DNA from: Planctomycetota bacterium
Lineage (GTDB): Bacteria; Planctomycetota; UBA1135; UBA2386
Assembly: GCA_965223545.1 (NCBI GenBank)
Contig: OZ245006.1
Location: 320,001-384,000, forward strand
Length of the DNA: 64,000 nt
Direction: 5' to 3'
The translations under genes and the position numbers were made by a program. Positions 32,243 to 41,704 of this stretch are shown here, piece after piece. The first letter of the stretch is position 1. The number at the start of each line of letters is the position of its first letter. The notes under the pieces were generated by a model. That model was not told the origin of the DNA. It saw only the letters and a list, made by a program, of their open reading frames with translations, and ran no database searches.

Positions 32243-33234
32243 CGCCCCCCCGCGTCGATCCCCGCGCACTGCAGCGCCTGCGCCACCCGTTCCGACAGGA
32301 CCTCCGCGGCTTTGCTCAGCGGGCCGTCGAGCACCGCGCCGGCCGCCTTGACGTGACCGCCCCCACCGAACTCGGCGGCGATGGCGCGCACGTCGACCGC
32401 GCCGCTGGCGCGCAGCGAGAGCTTCACCGCGCCGTCGAAGCGCTCCTTCAACAACGCGACCACCTCGATCCCACCGATGCAACGCAACGGCTCCAGCACG
32501 CCATCGGTCTCGAACGAGATCTCGGCTGCCCGCGCCATCGCCGCCTTGTCCATCATTGCGTACGCGTAGCGCCCGCCCAGCTCGACCCGATGTGTCGCCA
32601 ACGCACGCTGCAGCAATTCCACCGAACCGGTGTGCATCTGTCGGTGCATCGCGTCGTAGATCCGCGCCGGTTCGACACCGGCCCGCACCAGTTCCGCTGC
32701 GATCGACAGAGTCTCGGCGTCGGTATTGGAGTAGCGGAACCAACCGGTGTCCGCCACCAGCGAGACGAACACACCTTCGGCGGCCGCCTGCGACAGTTGC
32801 ACGCGGTAGTGCTCATAGAGCCGGTGGACCAACGTCCCGGTGGAGGCAGCCGTGCTGTCCACGTAGCACACCTGGCCATCGCCATCTTCGCTGCCGACGT
32901 GGTGGTCGATGACCGCCAGCGGCAACCCGGCCCGGCGAATGCACTGGCCCAGGTCCGCGAGCCGGCTCAGCTGGGCGCAGTCCAACAGGACGACCAAAGA
33001 GATGTCCGAGAGATCGGTCTCGCCTCGCGCCACCCCATAAGGCGTGTGTGCCGTGAGAGCGGCATGCGCCGCCGGCACGGGATCCGGGTTGAGGATGCGC
33101 ACCTCCTTGCCCTGCGCGCGCAGCAGGTGATAGAGCGCCGCTTGCGCCCCCAGGCAGTCACCGTCCGGGTGCTCGTGCCCGCAGAGCAAGAAGCTCGAGT
33201 GACTCTCGATCAGCTGGAGAAAGCGGGAATCCAC
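32239..33234 (-). CDS. nrnA: DHH/DHHA1 phosphoesterase (NrnA-like nanoRNase / pAp phosphatase)
   Basis: 'HEHPDGDCLG', 'IDHH', 'DTGWFRY', 'SLRA', 'GGGGHVKAAG'. Confidence 0.9.
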   Translation of the reverse strand: MDSRFLQLIESHSSFLLCGHEHPDGDCLGAQAALYHLLRAQGKEVRILNPDPVPAAHAALTAHTPYGVARGETDLSDISLVVLLDCAQLSRLADLGQCIRRAGLPLAVIDHHVGSEDGDGQVCYVDSTAASTGTLVHRLYEHYRVQLSQAAAEGVFVSLVADTGWFRYSNTDAETLSIAAELVRAGVEPARIYDAMHRQMHTGSVELLQRALATHRVELGGRYAYAMMDKAAMARAAEISFETDGVLEPLRCIGGIEVVALLKERFDGAVKLSLRASGAVDVRAIAAEFGGGGHVKAAGAVLDGPLSKAAEVLSERVAQALQCAGIDAGGR

Positions 33235-33358
33235 GATGAGGCTGCTCTGCCGGACTGTAGGGCAGCGCTCCGCACAGCTCAATGCGGGGGCGCTGCGGGA
33301 CGCACAGAACTCCTCCGAACCTCTACGCTGGCCGGCAAAGCCAGATGCGACTCGACCC

Positions 33359-34876
33359 ATGACCCCGAACATGACCCTCGCGACCGCGCTGTCGGTGCTT
33401 TCTCTGTGCGCCCCGTTGGCCGCCCAGCCCCAGCTGTCCGCGCCGCGCACCCTCGCCGCCCAAGCTGGGCAGATCGCGCTGGCCTACGACGAGCCCAACG
33501 ATCGATTCCTCGTCGCCTACACCAGCGCCGCGGGAGTGAAGGGCACCTTGGTCCAGGCCGACGGCTCGATCGCGGCCGGGCCGTTTCCGATATCCACCCG
33601 CAATGCCCGTGACGTCGCCGTCGGCAACGTCGCTGCCCGCGGCGCATTCGTCGCGGTGTACCCCCGCGGAATCCCGTCGGCGCTCTACGGCGTGGTGATC
33701 GACGCGGCGACCGGCGCGGTGTCTCCGGAGATCCTCGTCGACTCGACCGAGGGCTTTGCGCTGTTCGAGCCGGCGCTCTCCGACGCGACCACCGGGCTCG
33801 ACGCGCTGACGTTGGCCTACACCCGCCGAGACAACGCCGCGTGCTTCGTCAACTGCCTCTCGATCGGCGCCGCCCGACTCGCCGTCAGTGCCGCTCTGCG
33901 GCTGCAGGTCGTCCGCCGCGCGGTCATCGGCCACGACATCAGCCGGCCGCGGCTGGCCGAGTCCACCGTCGCTGCCGGCACCGTGGTGATGAGCTATACG
34001 GGCTACAGCACGATCAGCACCACCGTGCACGCGTCGTTCCAGACGGTCGACGCGACCTTGACCGGCACCGGCGCGACCTGGCTCCACTCGATCGCGGACA
34101 ACCTCTCCACCGGCATCGGCGGAGACGGATCCTCCTGGCACGTCGCGGTCGGCACCGCGTTCGACCTCCGTGGCTACCGCCTCGACTCCGGTGGGCAAGC
34201 GCCGGTCCTCGGCACTGGCGGCGTGTTGGTCTCCGGCGTGACCTCGGCGGTGCAGCCCGTCGTCCTCGGCCAATCCGCGCTCGTGTTCCACCAAACGCTC
34301 AGCAGCGGGCGGTCGGAACTCTGGCTGCGGTCGCGCACGCCAACCGGCTGTGGAGCGTGCGAGGCACCGCGCCTGGTGGCAGCCGACAGTCCCGGGTTCG
34401 CGGTCGCCGCGCGGCGGCGCAATGGTCGGCCGGCCGACCGCGCGCTGCTCGCATGGCGCGTCGCGGCAACGCTGCAATCGGCCGTGGTGAACGTCGCCGA
34501 CGGCGCGGTGACCGACCTGGGCGGCGGCTGCGGCGCGGGCGCGCGCGCGTTCGTCGGCTGCGCCCGCCCCGGCAACGCGTGCTTCGTCCACGAGGTGCGC
34601 GGCGCTCCACCGCGCTCGTTGGCCTGGCTGGCGATCGGCAGTCGGCCAGCTCTGCTCTCCTGCGGTCCCTGTCAGCTGCGCGTCGACCCCGTCGGCGCGG
34701 CCCTCCTCTGGACCCGCATCGATACGCGCGGACAGGGCAGGCAGACCACCCCGCTGCCGGCATCACCGGCGCTGGTCGGGGCTCGATTCGTCGAGCAGTG
34801 GTTGGTCTTCGAGCCCTCGGGCTGCGCGCCGTATGGCGTCGCCCTCAGCAACGCCCTGGACACAACCATCCAGTAG
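33359..34876 (+). CDS. Secreted beta-rich hypothetical protein with conserved C-terminal domain
   Basis: Signal peptide '...LCAPLAAQ'; propeller-like beta strands; C-terminal 'LGGGCG...CQL...PLPASPALVG..F.EQ...GVALSNAL'. Confidence 0.75.
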   Translation: MTPNMTLATALSVLSLCAPLAAQPQLSAPRTLAAQAGQIALAYDEPNDRFLVAYTSAAGVKGTLVQADGSIAAGPFPISTRNARDVAVGNVAARGAFVAVYPRGIPSALYGVVIDAATGAVSPEILVDSTEGFALFEPALSDATTGLDALTLAYTRRDNAACFVNCLSIGAARLAVSAALRLQVVRRAVIGHDISRPRLAESTVAAGTVVMSYTGYSTISTTVHASFQTVDATLTGTGATWLHSIADNLSTGIGGDGSSWHVAVGTAFDLRGYRLDSGGQAPVLGTGGVLVSGVTSAVQPVVLGQSALVFHQTLSSGRSELWLRSRTPTGCGACEAPRLVAADSPGFAVAARRRNGRPADRALLAWRVAATLQSAVVNVADGAVTDLGGGCGAGARAFVGCARPGNACFVHEVRGAPPRSLAWLAIGSRPALLSCGPCQLRVDPVGAALLWTRIDTRGQGRQTTPLPASPALVGARFVEQWLVFEPSGCAPYGVALSNALDTTIQ

Positions 34877-34904
34877 ACGGTACGGAGCCTGGCTCCGTAC
34901 CATC
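34876..34904. terminator. Strong hairpin between convergent genes (possible bidirectional terminator)
   Basis: GGTACGGAGCC-T-GGCTCCGTACC perfect 11 bp inverted repeat at 34879-34901, extendable by 3 pairs on the minus strand. Confidence 0.6.
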
Positions 34905-34936
34905 ACGCTGACGGTAGGTCAGGTTCGGCGGGGTGA

Positions 34937-37519
34937 TCAGGCCTCGAAGTAGACCGTTACGCGGGTGATCTCGATGCTGGCGGAGACCGCGAGGTCGTAG
35001 AGCACCAGGAACCGATAGCCGGTGGCGTCGTCGTCGTCGAGCACGCCTTCGCCGGCCGGTGCGAAGCGGCCGACGTAGCGGCGCCAGTCGCCGATCGTGG
35101 CGGGGTCGACTTGGCCGGTGGTGGCCTGCACCTGCGCGCCCTGGAAGTAGACCTGCACGGCGGAACCCATTCCGATCGCCGGCCCCATGGCGCGGAAGCC
35201 ACTGGGCCCGGTCCAGCTCGGGTCGTCCGAGTAGAACACGTCCTGCCCGTCCAGCTTGGCGCGCACTTCGTAGCGCAGGAACGTCGGCTTGAACAGCTGT
35301 CGCGTCGGGTAGAAGCGCGACTGGTCGCCGACCTGCAGGTCGGAGTCGCTGAGCACCCCGACGCTGTTCGCGGTGGCCGCCGGCACGGTGTTCGGAAGCA
35401 GGCTCGGACCGCCGCCGTTGGGGGTCTCCAGCCGCACCGAGCCCGCGGCTCCGTCGCCACCGACGACGTGCACGATGTAGATCGCGCCGTCTTGATAGGT
35501 GCCGCCCTTGCCGCCGCTGGTGTCGATCGCGCCGAGCACACTCGACGCCCCGCCGCACTGCATCAGGATCGAGCCACCCGAGCCGCCACCGCCGGGAGAC
35601 AGGGGCGGCGAGCCCGACGGGCTCAGACCACCACGGCCGCCGAAGGCCTGGATCTCCGAGCCGGCTTCGGTGCGAATGTTGCCGCCGGCGCGGAACAGGA
35701 TCGCGCCACCGCCACCGCCACCACCGGTCCCCGGCTTCCACACCACCGGCGTGTTCAGCAAGGAGAAGTGGGGGTGCGAACCGGAACCACCGCCACCGGA
35801 GCCGCCGACCATGAAGTGATCCACGGACCGGGTGCCGGACGGCACCGGGAACAGGTCGAACGCGATGCCGCCCGTCGAGTCGGGCCCGGCGTTCTGCTTG
35901 CTGCCGTTGGTCGAGATCACCTCGCCCTTGGCGCCCTGGGCGGCGAAGCCACCACCGGCACCACCGGCCGCGATCTGCGCGGAGAACTGACCCGCCTGCA
36001 GCGAGTAAGTGACCTGCAGCGGCGCCACCGGATACTGCAACGAGCCGCCACCACCGGTGCCGACCGCCCGCGCCGAGTAGGCGTGACCCGCCGGCAGGAG
36101 CACGTCCTCACCGGGCAAGCCATTCGAGGGGTTGGTCAAGCCGGTCGACGCACGCGCGCCATCGCCGCCCTTGGCGCCACCAGGGGCTCCGGCAGCGCCG
36201 GGCTGGCCGAGCAGCCCACCCTGATAGACACCGGGCGACGGCGCGTTGAGCTCGATCTTGCCGCGCACGTTGATTTCACCGCGAACGAACACCTGGGGCG
36301 GGGTCGAACCGACCCAACGCAGGACGGTGTTCTCGGGCACTTCGAAGCGCGAGAAGAAGAACACGCCGTCGGTGACGGTCACGTCGTTGCCATCCAGCGT
36401 GCGGGCACCGGGAATGGTCTGGTTGTCGGTGTTCCACTCGTAGATCGGATCGGCACCCAGCGGCACGGTGACCGCCCTGCCGTCCCGGATGTCGAATTCG
36501 CCCATCAAGCCGTGGCCGCCGATGACGCCCGGCTTCGCGCTGCCGTTGCCCCAGGAACCCGACGAGTACGCCGGGTCGAGCTGACCGCCGGTACCGAAGC
36601 TCTCGGACACCTCGAACTCCTGCGGCTGGCCGGCATCGGTGATGAAGGAGAAGACCCGGCGCGCGGCGGGCTTGCCGGACAGGTCGGTGACCCGGTCGGT
36701 GACCTCCACCTCGACGCAAACTCCGCCCGGCAGCTGCACGGTCGGCTTGAGGACGACCTGGGTCGTCTTGTTGATGGGATCGACGATCGCCTGCGGCACG
36801 CCGCCGAGGTCGACCGCCGGCTGGGCGGGATCACATTCGACACCACCACCCGCCTTTGGACGGGTGCGACGCAGCCGATACAGCACCGGCGCGGTCGCCG
36901 TGGTCGCCCCCTGGAACGGCTGCACGTCGAGGATCTCGCTGAACGCCAGGATGATCGTCACCGACGTCGGCACCCCCGTCGTGCTCGCCGGTGAGATCAT
37001 CGTGCCGACGGGCGGTTGGCCGTCGAGGTCCTCGACCCCGCGCGTCACGTTGAGAGTGCACGACAGGGTCTGCGGCAACCGGTCGCCCGACGTCGAGCGC
37101 AGCGACTGTGGCTCGGCCGGCCCACCCGGCAGCGTCAGGATGTAGGTCTCGTTGGCGCGGAAGCCGAATGACGTCACTCCACCGACGATCTTGATGTCCG
37201 GCTCGAACCGCAGCTCGTTCCCGTTGACCAGCAGCCGGCCGACCGGTGCCTCGCCGTTGCGCGTCTGGATCGACACCGAGGCCGCGTTGACCGACGACGG
37301 GTCGATGGGCGCGTTGAACTGAATGACGATCGGCTGGTTCTGGGCGATGTCCGTCACCCCACAACCTCCGTTCGCACAGCCGAGGTTGCAGTTTTGGATG
37401 CAGAACTGGCCCCCACCCGCGCAGCGCGCCGACGCCGAGGTCGGGCCATCGGAGCCACCGGAGCACGATGCGAACAGGAAGCCGCCGAGCAGCAAGGCGA
37501 TCAGGAACGGATTCTTCAT
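34937..37519 (-). CDS. Giant surface lipoprotein A (Cys-rich N-terminus, Ig-like/Big_5 domains, polyglycine-rich domain)
   Basis: Lipobox 'FLFASC'; 'FNAPIDPSSVN', 'ILAFSE', 'VTDLSG' Big_5-like motifs; multiple GGxGG runs. Confidence 0.82.
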   Translation of the reverse strand: MKNPFLIALLLGGFLFASCSGGSDGPTSASARCAGGGQFCIQNCNLGCANGGCGVTDIAQNQPIVIQFNAPIDPSSVNAASVSIQTRNGEAPVGRLLVNGNELRFEPDIKIVGGVTSFGFRANETYILTLPGGPAEPQSLRSTSGDRLPQTLSCTLNVTRGVEDLDGQPPVGTMISPASTTGVPTSVTIILAFSEILDVQPFQGATTATAPVLYRLRRTRPKAGGGVECDPAQPAVDLGGVPQAIVDPINKTTQVVLKPTVQLPGGVCVEVEVTDRVTDLSGKPAARRVFSFITDAGQPQEFEVSESFGTGGQLDPAYSSGSWGNGSAKPGVIGGHGLMGEFDIRDGRAVTVPLGADPIYEWNTDNQTIPGARTLDGNDVTVTDGVFFFSRFEVPENTVLRWVGSTPPQVFVRGEINVRGKIELNAPSPGVYQGGLLGQPGAAGAPGGAKGGDGARASTGLTNPSNGLPGEDVLLPAGHAYSARAVGTGGGGSLQYPVAPLQVTYSLQAGQFSAQIAAGGAGGGFAAQGAKGEVISTNGSKQNAGPDSTGGIAFDLFPVPSGTRSVDHFMVGGSGGGGSGSHPHFSLLNTPVVWKPGTGGGGGGGAILFRAGGNIRTEAGSEIQAFGGRGGLSPSGSPPLSPGGGGSGGSILMQCGGASSVLGAIDTSGGKGGTYQDGAIYIVHVVGGDGAAGSVRLETPNGGGPSLLPNTVPAATANSVGVLSDSDLQVGDQSRFYPTRQLFKPTFLRYEVRAKLDGQDVFYSDDPSWTGPSGFRAMGPAIGMGSAVQVYFQGAQVQATTGQVDPATIGDWRRYVGRFAPAGEGVLDDDDATGYRFLVLYDLAVSASIEITRVTVYFEA

Positions 37520-37580
37520 GGAACGCGGAACGAAGCGGAGGGAAACGGGGGGAAAGGCCGACGGCCGGGCACGCGCTGGT

Positions 37581-40241
37581 TCACAGGGGGCGGAACACGA
37601 TGCGCACGTGGTCGACGACCGCGGTGGTCGACAGTGCGCGGTCGAACAGCAGCAAGAAGCGAATCATCACCGCGCCGTCGGTGTGCACCGATGCCTGGCC
37701 CGCGGCGTGGTCGCCGACGTAGCGACGCCAGGGCTTGATGCTGTCGGGATCGACCTGGCCGAGCGCGTCGACACCGGCACCCTGCGCGTAGAAGCGCACC
37801 GGCTGACCCTGTCCGGCCAACATGCCGACCGCGGGGTCGTCGCTGTAGGTCACCACCGGCGCACCCGGCGATGGGATCAGGTCCATCTCGTAGCGCTCGA
37901 AGATCGGCGGGAACACCTGCAGGGTCGGGGTCCAGATGGAGACCGCACCGACCAACGAGTCCTCCGCCGTCAGCGGGGCCACGGTGATGGACGGTGTGAT
38001 GACTTGACCTTGCGGACCTAGCGCCATGGGCTCGGTTTCCTTCAACAGGGTCAGTGCCGGTGTCTGGGTCGTCTCCAGCCGGAGGAAGCCATGGCTGGCG
38101 TCTCCGCCCTTGGACTGCATGTTCCAGTTGGTCGGAATGCCGAACGACGAACCGCCGAGGCCGCCGGCGATCGAGATCTTGCCGGTCTGCAGGACCGAGG
38201 ATGCGACTTGCAGCAGGACGCTGCCGCCGGCACCCGCGCCTCCCGGCACCCCGAAGTTGTTGGCGCTGAAACTCGGCGCGTCCCCCGTGCTCCCGCCGGA
38301 GGCATCGATCACGCCATCCAGCCCGAGCTCGAAGTCACGGCCGATGCGCAAACCGAGCGCACCGCCGCCACCGGCGCCGCCGCCACCGGACCGCCAGCGA
38401 ATCTGCGTGCTGCCGGGCTGCGACACCGACAGGAACGGGTGCGACCCCGCGCCGCCGCCGCCGGCACCGCCGATCAGCATGTGATCCCACGCGTCGACGC
38501 CGGCGGGAATCGGCAGCAGGTCGAACTGGGTCCCCGCGTCTGCCGGCGGGCCAGCCTCTGCCGGCGCGCCCGTCGGCGTGACCAGCACCTCGCCCTCACT
38601 GCCCGCGACGGCAAAGCCAGCGCCACCACCACCGGCCGCGACTTGCCCGGAGAACTGTCCCAGGACCTGCGTCATGTCGACGTCGCTGTCCAAGCCGGTC
38701 GCCGGGAACTGGCCGGAGCCGCGACCGGCCGAGTTGCGCGCCCGCGTCGCATAGGCGTGCCCCGCCGGCACCTGTGCATCCTGACCGTTGCGGCCGTTGA
38801 ACCGGGGCTGGTTGCCCTGGCCATCGCCCATGTCGGCACCGTCGCCACCCGCGGCGGAACCCGCCGCGCCGCCGCTGCTGCCGCCGACCGCACCGGCCTG
38901 CCCGACCGGGTCGTTGCCGTCCGGCGCCATCAAGCTGCCCCCGGCGAGGTCGAGGATGCCGTCGACCTTCATCAGGCCGCGCACGAAGATCCGCGCCGGG
39001 TTGCTTCCCACGAAGCGCACCCGCACGCCCTTGGTCAGCACGAACTTGCTGAACCGGAACACACCGTCGGTGACGACTTCGTCGTTCCCGCTGAGGGTGT
39101 GCGAGCGGACGCCGGCGAAGTTGTGGGTGCGCGGAATCAGCTGATTGTCGGTGTTCCACTCCCACACGTTGGGCTCGACCTCGACGCCCAGCTCGGGGGC
39201 GAACACTCCGTGCGCGCCGTCCCAGCCGATGTCACCGGCCATCGCAACACCACCGCCCCACGCCCCGGAGGACGAGTCGAACTCCATGCCGAGACTGTTC
39301 TGGAACGACTCGTGCAGCGTCACCGCTGGCTGTGGAGTTGGCCGGGTGGTGAACTGGAAGCGTTGGCCCGGCGACGGAGTGCCGGCGAGATCCTCGACGC
39401 GCGCGGTGACCTCGACGTGGATGCAGACGCCGCTCGGTGCCGTCTGCGCCGGCACGAAGGTCGCGGTCGTCAGCTGGCGCACCAAGTCGTCGCGCAGATC
39501 CCAGGTGCCCAACAGCTCCTGCGGAACGAACGCCGGATCGCACTCGGTGCCGCCGCCCGCCGCCGGCCGCTGGCGCTGGACGCGCACGACGATCGGCTGG
39601 TTGGCGGCCGTCGAGGTGAGGAACGGCGCGTGGGTGATGAACTCGCTGAACTCGAGCACGATCTGCGCATTCGGCGCGAACGGACCGTTCCCGGCCGGCG
39701 AGATCATGTCCGCCTGCGGCGGCGCCTCGTCGAGGTCGAGCACGCCGCGCGACACGGTCAGCGCGCACTGGTACGGCGCGGCGAGCTCGTCGCCGGACAC
39801 CGAACGCAGCACGGAAGGCTGCGACGCGCCCGCCGGCAGCGATAGCAAGTAGGTCTCGCCGGCGCGGAAGCCGAAGAAGCTCGTGGCGCCGACCGACAGC
39901 ACCTCGGGCAAGAAGGTGACCACCGAACCCGACACCAAGAAGGTGCCCACCGGCTCTTCACCGGCGGCCGTGCGCAGCGACACCGTCGACGAGTTGACCG
40001 TCGCGGGATCCACGTCCTGGTTGAAGGTGAAGATCAGCGGTTGGTTCTGCGCGATCTGGTTGATGCTGCAGCCCGCGGTCGTGCAGCCCAGGTTGCAGGA
40101 AGCCAGGCACAGGGCCTCGCTCTGCGGAACTCCCGTGGCGCAGCTCGGCACTACCGGTCCCGGGTCGGTGGCGGAACCGCCGGAGCAGGCGGCCAGCGCC
40201 AAGAGACACGGAATCGACAAGAGTACGGAGCGGCTCAGCAT
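37581..40241 (-). CDS. Giant surface lipoprotein B, full-length paralogue of A
   Basis: Lipobox 'ALAAC'; shares 'CNLGC', 'IAQNQP', 'FGFRA.ETY.L.LP', 'RGV.DLD..PP...MISPA', 'EWNTDNQ', 'VTDGVF.FS.F', 'P.GHAY', 'YSDDP', 'WRRYVG' with A. Confidence 0.82.
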   Translation of the reverse strand: MLSRSVLLSIPCLLALAACSGGSATDPGPVVPSCATGVPQSEALCLASCNLGCTTAGCSINQIAQNQPLIFTFNQDVDPATVNSSTVSLRTAAGEEPVGTFLVSGSVVTFLPEVLSVGATSFFGFRAGETYLLSLPAGASQPSVLRSVSGDELAAPYQCALTVSRGVLDLDEAPPQADMISPAGNGPFAPNAQIVLEFSEFITHAPFLTSTAANQPIVVRVQRQRPAAGGGTECDPAFVPQELLGTWDLRDDLVRQLTTATFVPAQTAPSGVCIHVEVTARVEDLAGTPSPGQRFQFTTRPTPQPAVTLHESFQNSLGMEFDSSSGAWGGGVAMAGDIGWDGAHGVFAPELGVEVEPNVWEWNTDNQLIPRTHNFAGVRSHTLSGNDEVVTDGVFRFSKFVLTKGVRVRFVGSNPARIFVRGLMKVDGILDLAGGSLMAPDGNDPVGQAGAVGGSSGGAAGSAAGGDGADMGDGQGNQPRFNGRNGQDAQVPAGHAYATRARNSAGRGSGQFPATGLDSDVDMTQVLGQFSGQVAAGGGGAGFAVAGSEGEVLVTPTGAPAEAGPPADAGTQFDLLPIPAGVDAWDHMLIGGAGGGGAGSHPFLSVSQPGSTQIRWRSGGGGAGGGGALGLRIGRDFELGLDGVIDASGGSTGDAPSFSANNFGVPGGAGAGGSVLLQVASSVLQTGKISIAGGLGGSSFGIPTNWNMQSKGGDASHGFLRLETTQTPALTLLKETEPMALGPQGQVITPSITVAPLTAEDSLVGAVSIWTPTLQVFPPIFERYEMDLIPSPGAPVVTYSDDPAVGMLAGQGQPVRFYAQGAGVDALGQVDPDSIKPWRRYVGDHAAGQASVHTDGAVMIRFLLLFDRALSTTAVVDHVRIVFRPL

Positions 40242-40640
40242 GGGCACCCCTCGGTGACCGGGAACAGAGTCGAAAACACGGAAGGGCCGGACCCGATCGG
40301 GGCTGCCGGGGGGCGGCCAAGGGCACTCATAAACATACCAAAACCAGGAGGATATGGCGGTGGATTCACCGCGTGGGCAGCATCGCCCCGCAGCATCGCA
40401 CCAAACACCATACCAGCGGAGCGCAAGCCGACCACGCGGGGCTGTGGGCCGGTGAGCCTAACCGCTGTTCGCAACGGTCCCCAGCTGGATCCGCGCGGCC
40501 TTGGGCAGTTTTTCGCCACCCCCGACGGACCGGGCGAACGCCCCCGCGCGCCGCCCGTGGTGAGCGTTATCCCACGCCCAACTGTTCGACAACGAACGCC
40601 ACGGTGACCGCCCGCAATCGCGGTGCTAGTCTGCGGCGCC

Positions 40641-41687
40641 ATGGCCACCGCCGATCCGTCCAGCTCCCCGCCGCCACCCGGCCGCGCCGCCCATCCCGCG
40701 CTGATCGGGTTGTCGGTGATCACCCTCGGTTGCGTCGCCTACGGGCTCTACTCGAGTCAGCGGCGTCACGACCAGCTCGAGGACCGGCTCGCGGAGGTGC
40801 GTGCAGCGGTCGAGAAGCAGGCCGCCGGCCTGCAGCTGCTGCGCTTCGAGAGCCGCAGCAAGAAAGGCCTCGGGATGGAGGCACTGTGCGATCAACTCGC
40901 GTTCTGGGGGGAACAGTACGACCACGCGTCCACCCCTCAGGTCGAGCGCCCGGCGATCCAGGAGCGCCTCGACGGCGTCCTCGAGGCGATGGAGTTCATC
41001 GGCGGGGAGCGCGCCGTCGCCGAGCTCGAGCGTCGCTTCGTCGCGCTCGATGCCGAACGGGAGGCCGCGGTGCGCGAGTGGGTCCTGCGCGCACTGGCTC
41101 ATCTGAACACCGAACGCAGCCGCGAGGTCCTGGCGACCGTCGCCCGCGGGCTCGAGTTCCGCACCACTCCGGCGATCCGCCTGTTCGCCGCCAAGGAGCT
41201 GCTGCGCTTGGCGCCGGACCGGGGCGCAGAAGTGGTGCGCGACATCCTGCGCCTGGAGAGCGCGCATGGGCTCGACATCCAGCGCGTGCCGGTCGACCAG
41301 CGGCCGTTGTACGAGCGCCACATCGACAACTTCCCCGCCAACCGCGCCTTCTACAACTACGTCGACCTCTTCGCCAGCTCGGGGAGCGACGATCGGGAGA
41401 GCGAGCTCTTGATGCTTCTGGGTCGGTACCGCGAGCACGATCTGCTCACCACCCAGCAAGCCGTGAAATCGCTGGCGGCGCTCGGCTCGCGGCAGGCGTC
41501 CGACACCATCAAACAGCTGTTCGAACGGCCACCCGACAGCTTCAACCCGCTGTTCCGCAACCACTGCCTCGACGCGCTGGCGGCGATTCTCGCCGACGAC
41601 GCCCACCCCTACTTTCGCGAGGCACTGGCCAAGGAGCGCAACGAGCTGGTGCGCGCCAAGCTGAACGACCTGCTCGGCAGCGGCTGA
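40641..41687 (+). CDS. Membrane-anchored coiled-coil + HEAT-repeat protein
   Basis: N-terminal TM 'LIGLSVITLGCVAYGLY', coiled coil, HEAT-like 'VREWVLRALAHL', 'AVKSLAALG', 'RNHCLDALA'. Confidence 0.75.
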   Translation: MATADPSSSPPPPGRAAHPALIGLSVITLGCVAYGLYSSQRRHDQLEDRLAEVRAAVEKQAAGLQLLRFESRSKKGLGMEALCDQLAFWGEQYDHASTPQVERPAIQERLDGVLEAMEFIGGERAVAELERRFVALDAEREAAVREWVLRALAHLNTERSREVLATVARGLEFRTTPAIRLFAAKELLRLAPDRGAEVVRDILRLESAHGLDIQRVPVDQRPLYERHIDNFPANRAFYNYVDLFASSGSDDRESELLMLLGRYREHDLLTTQQAVKSLAALGSRQASDTIKQLFERPPDSFNPLFRNHCLDALAAILADDAHPYFREALAKERNELVRAKLNDLLGSG

Positions 41688-41704
41688 GGGCCGGGCTGGC
41701 GGGC

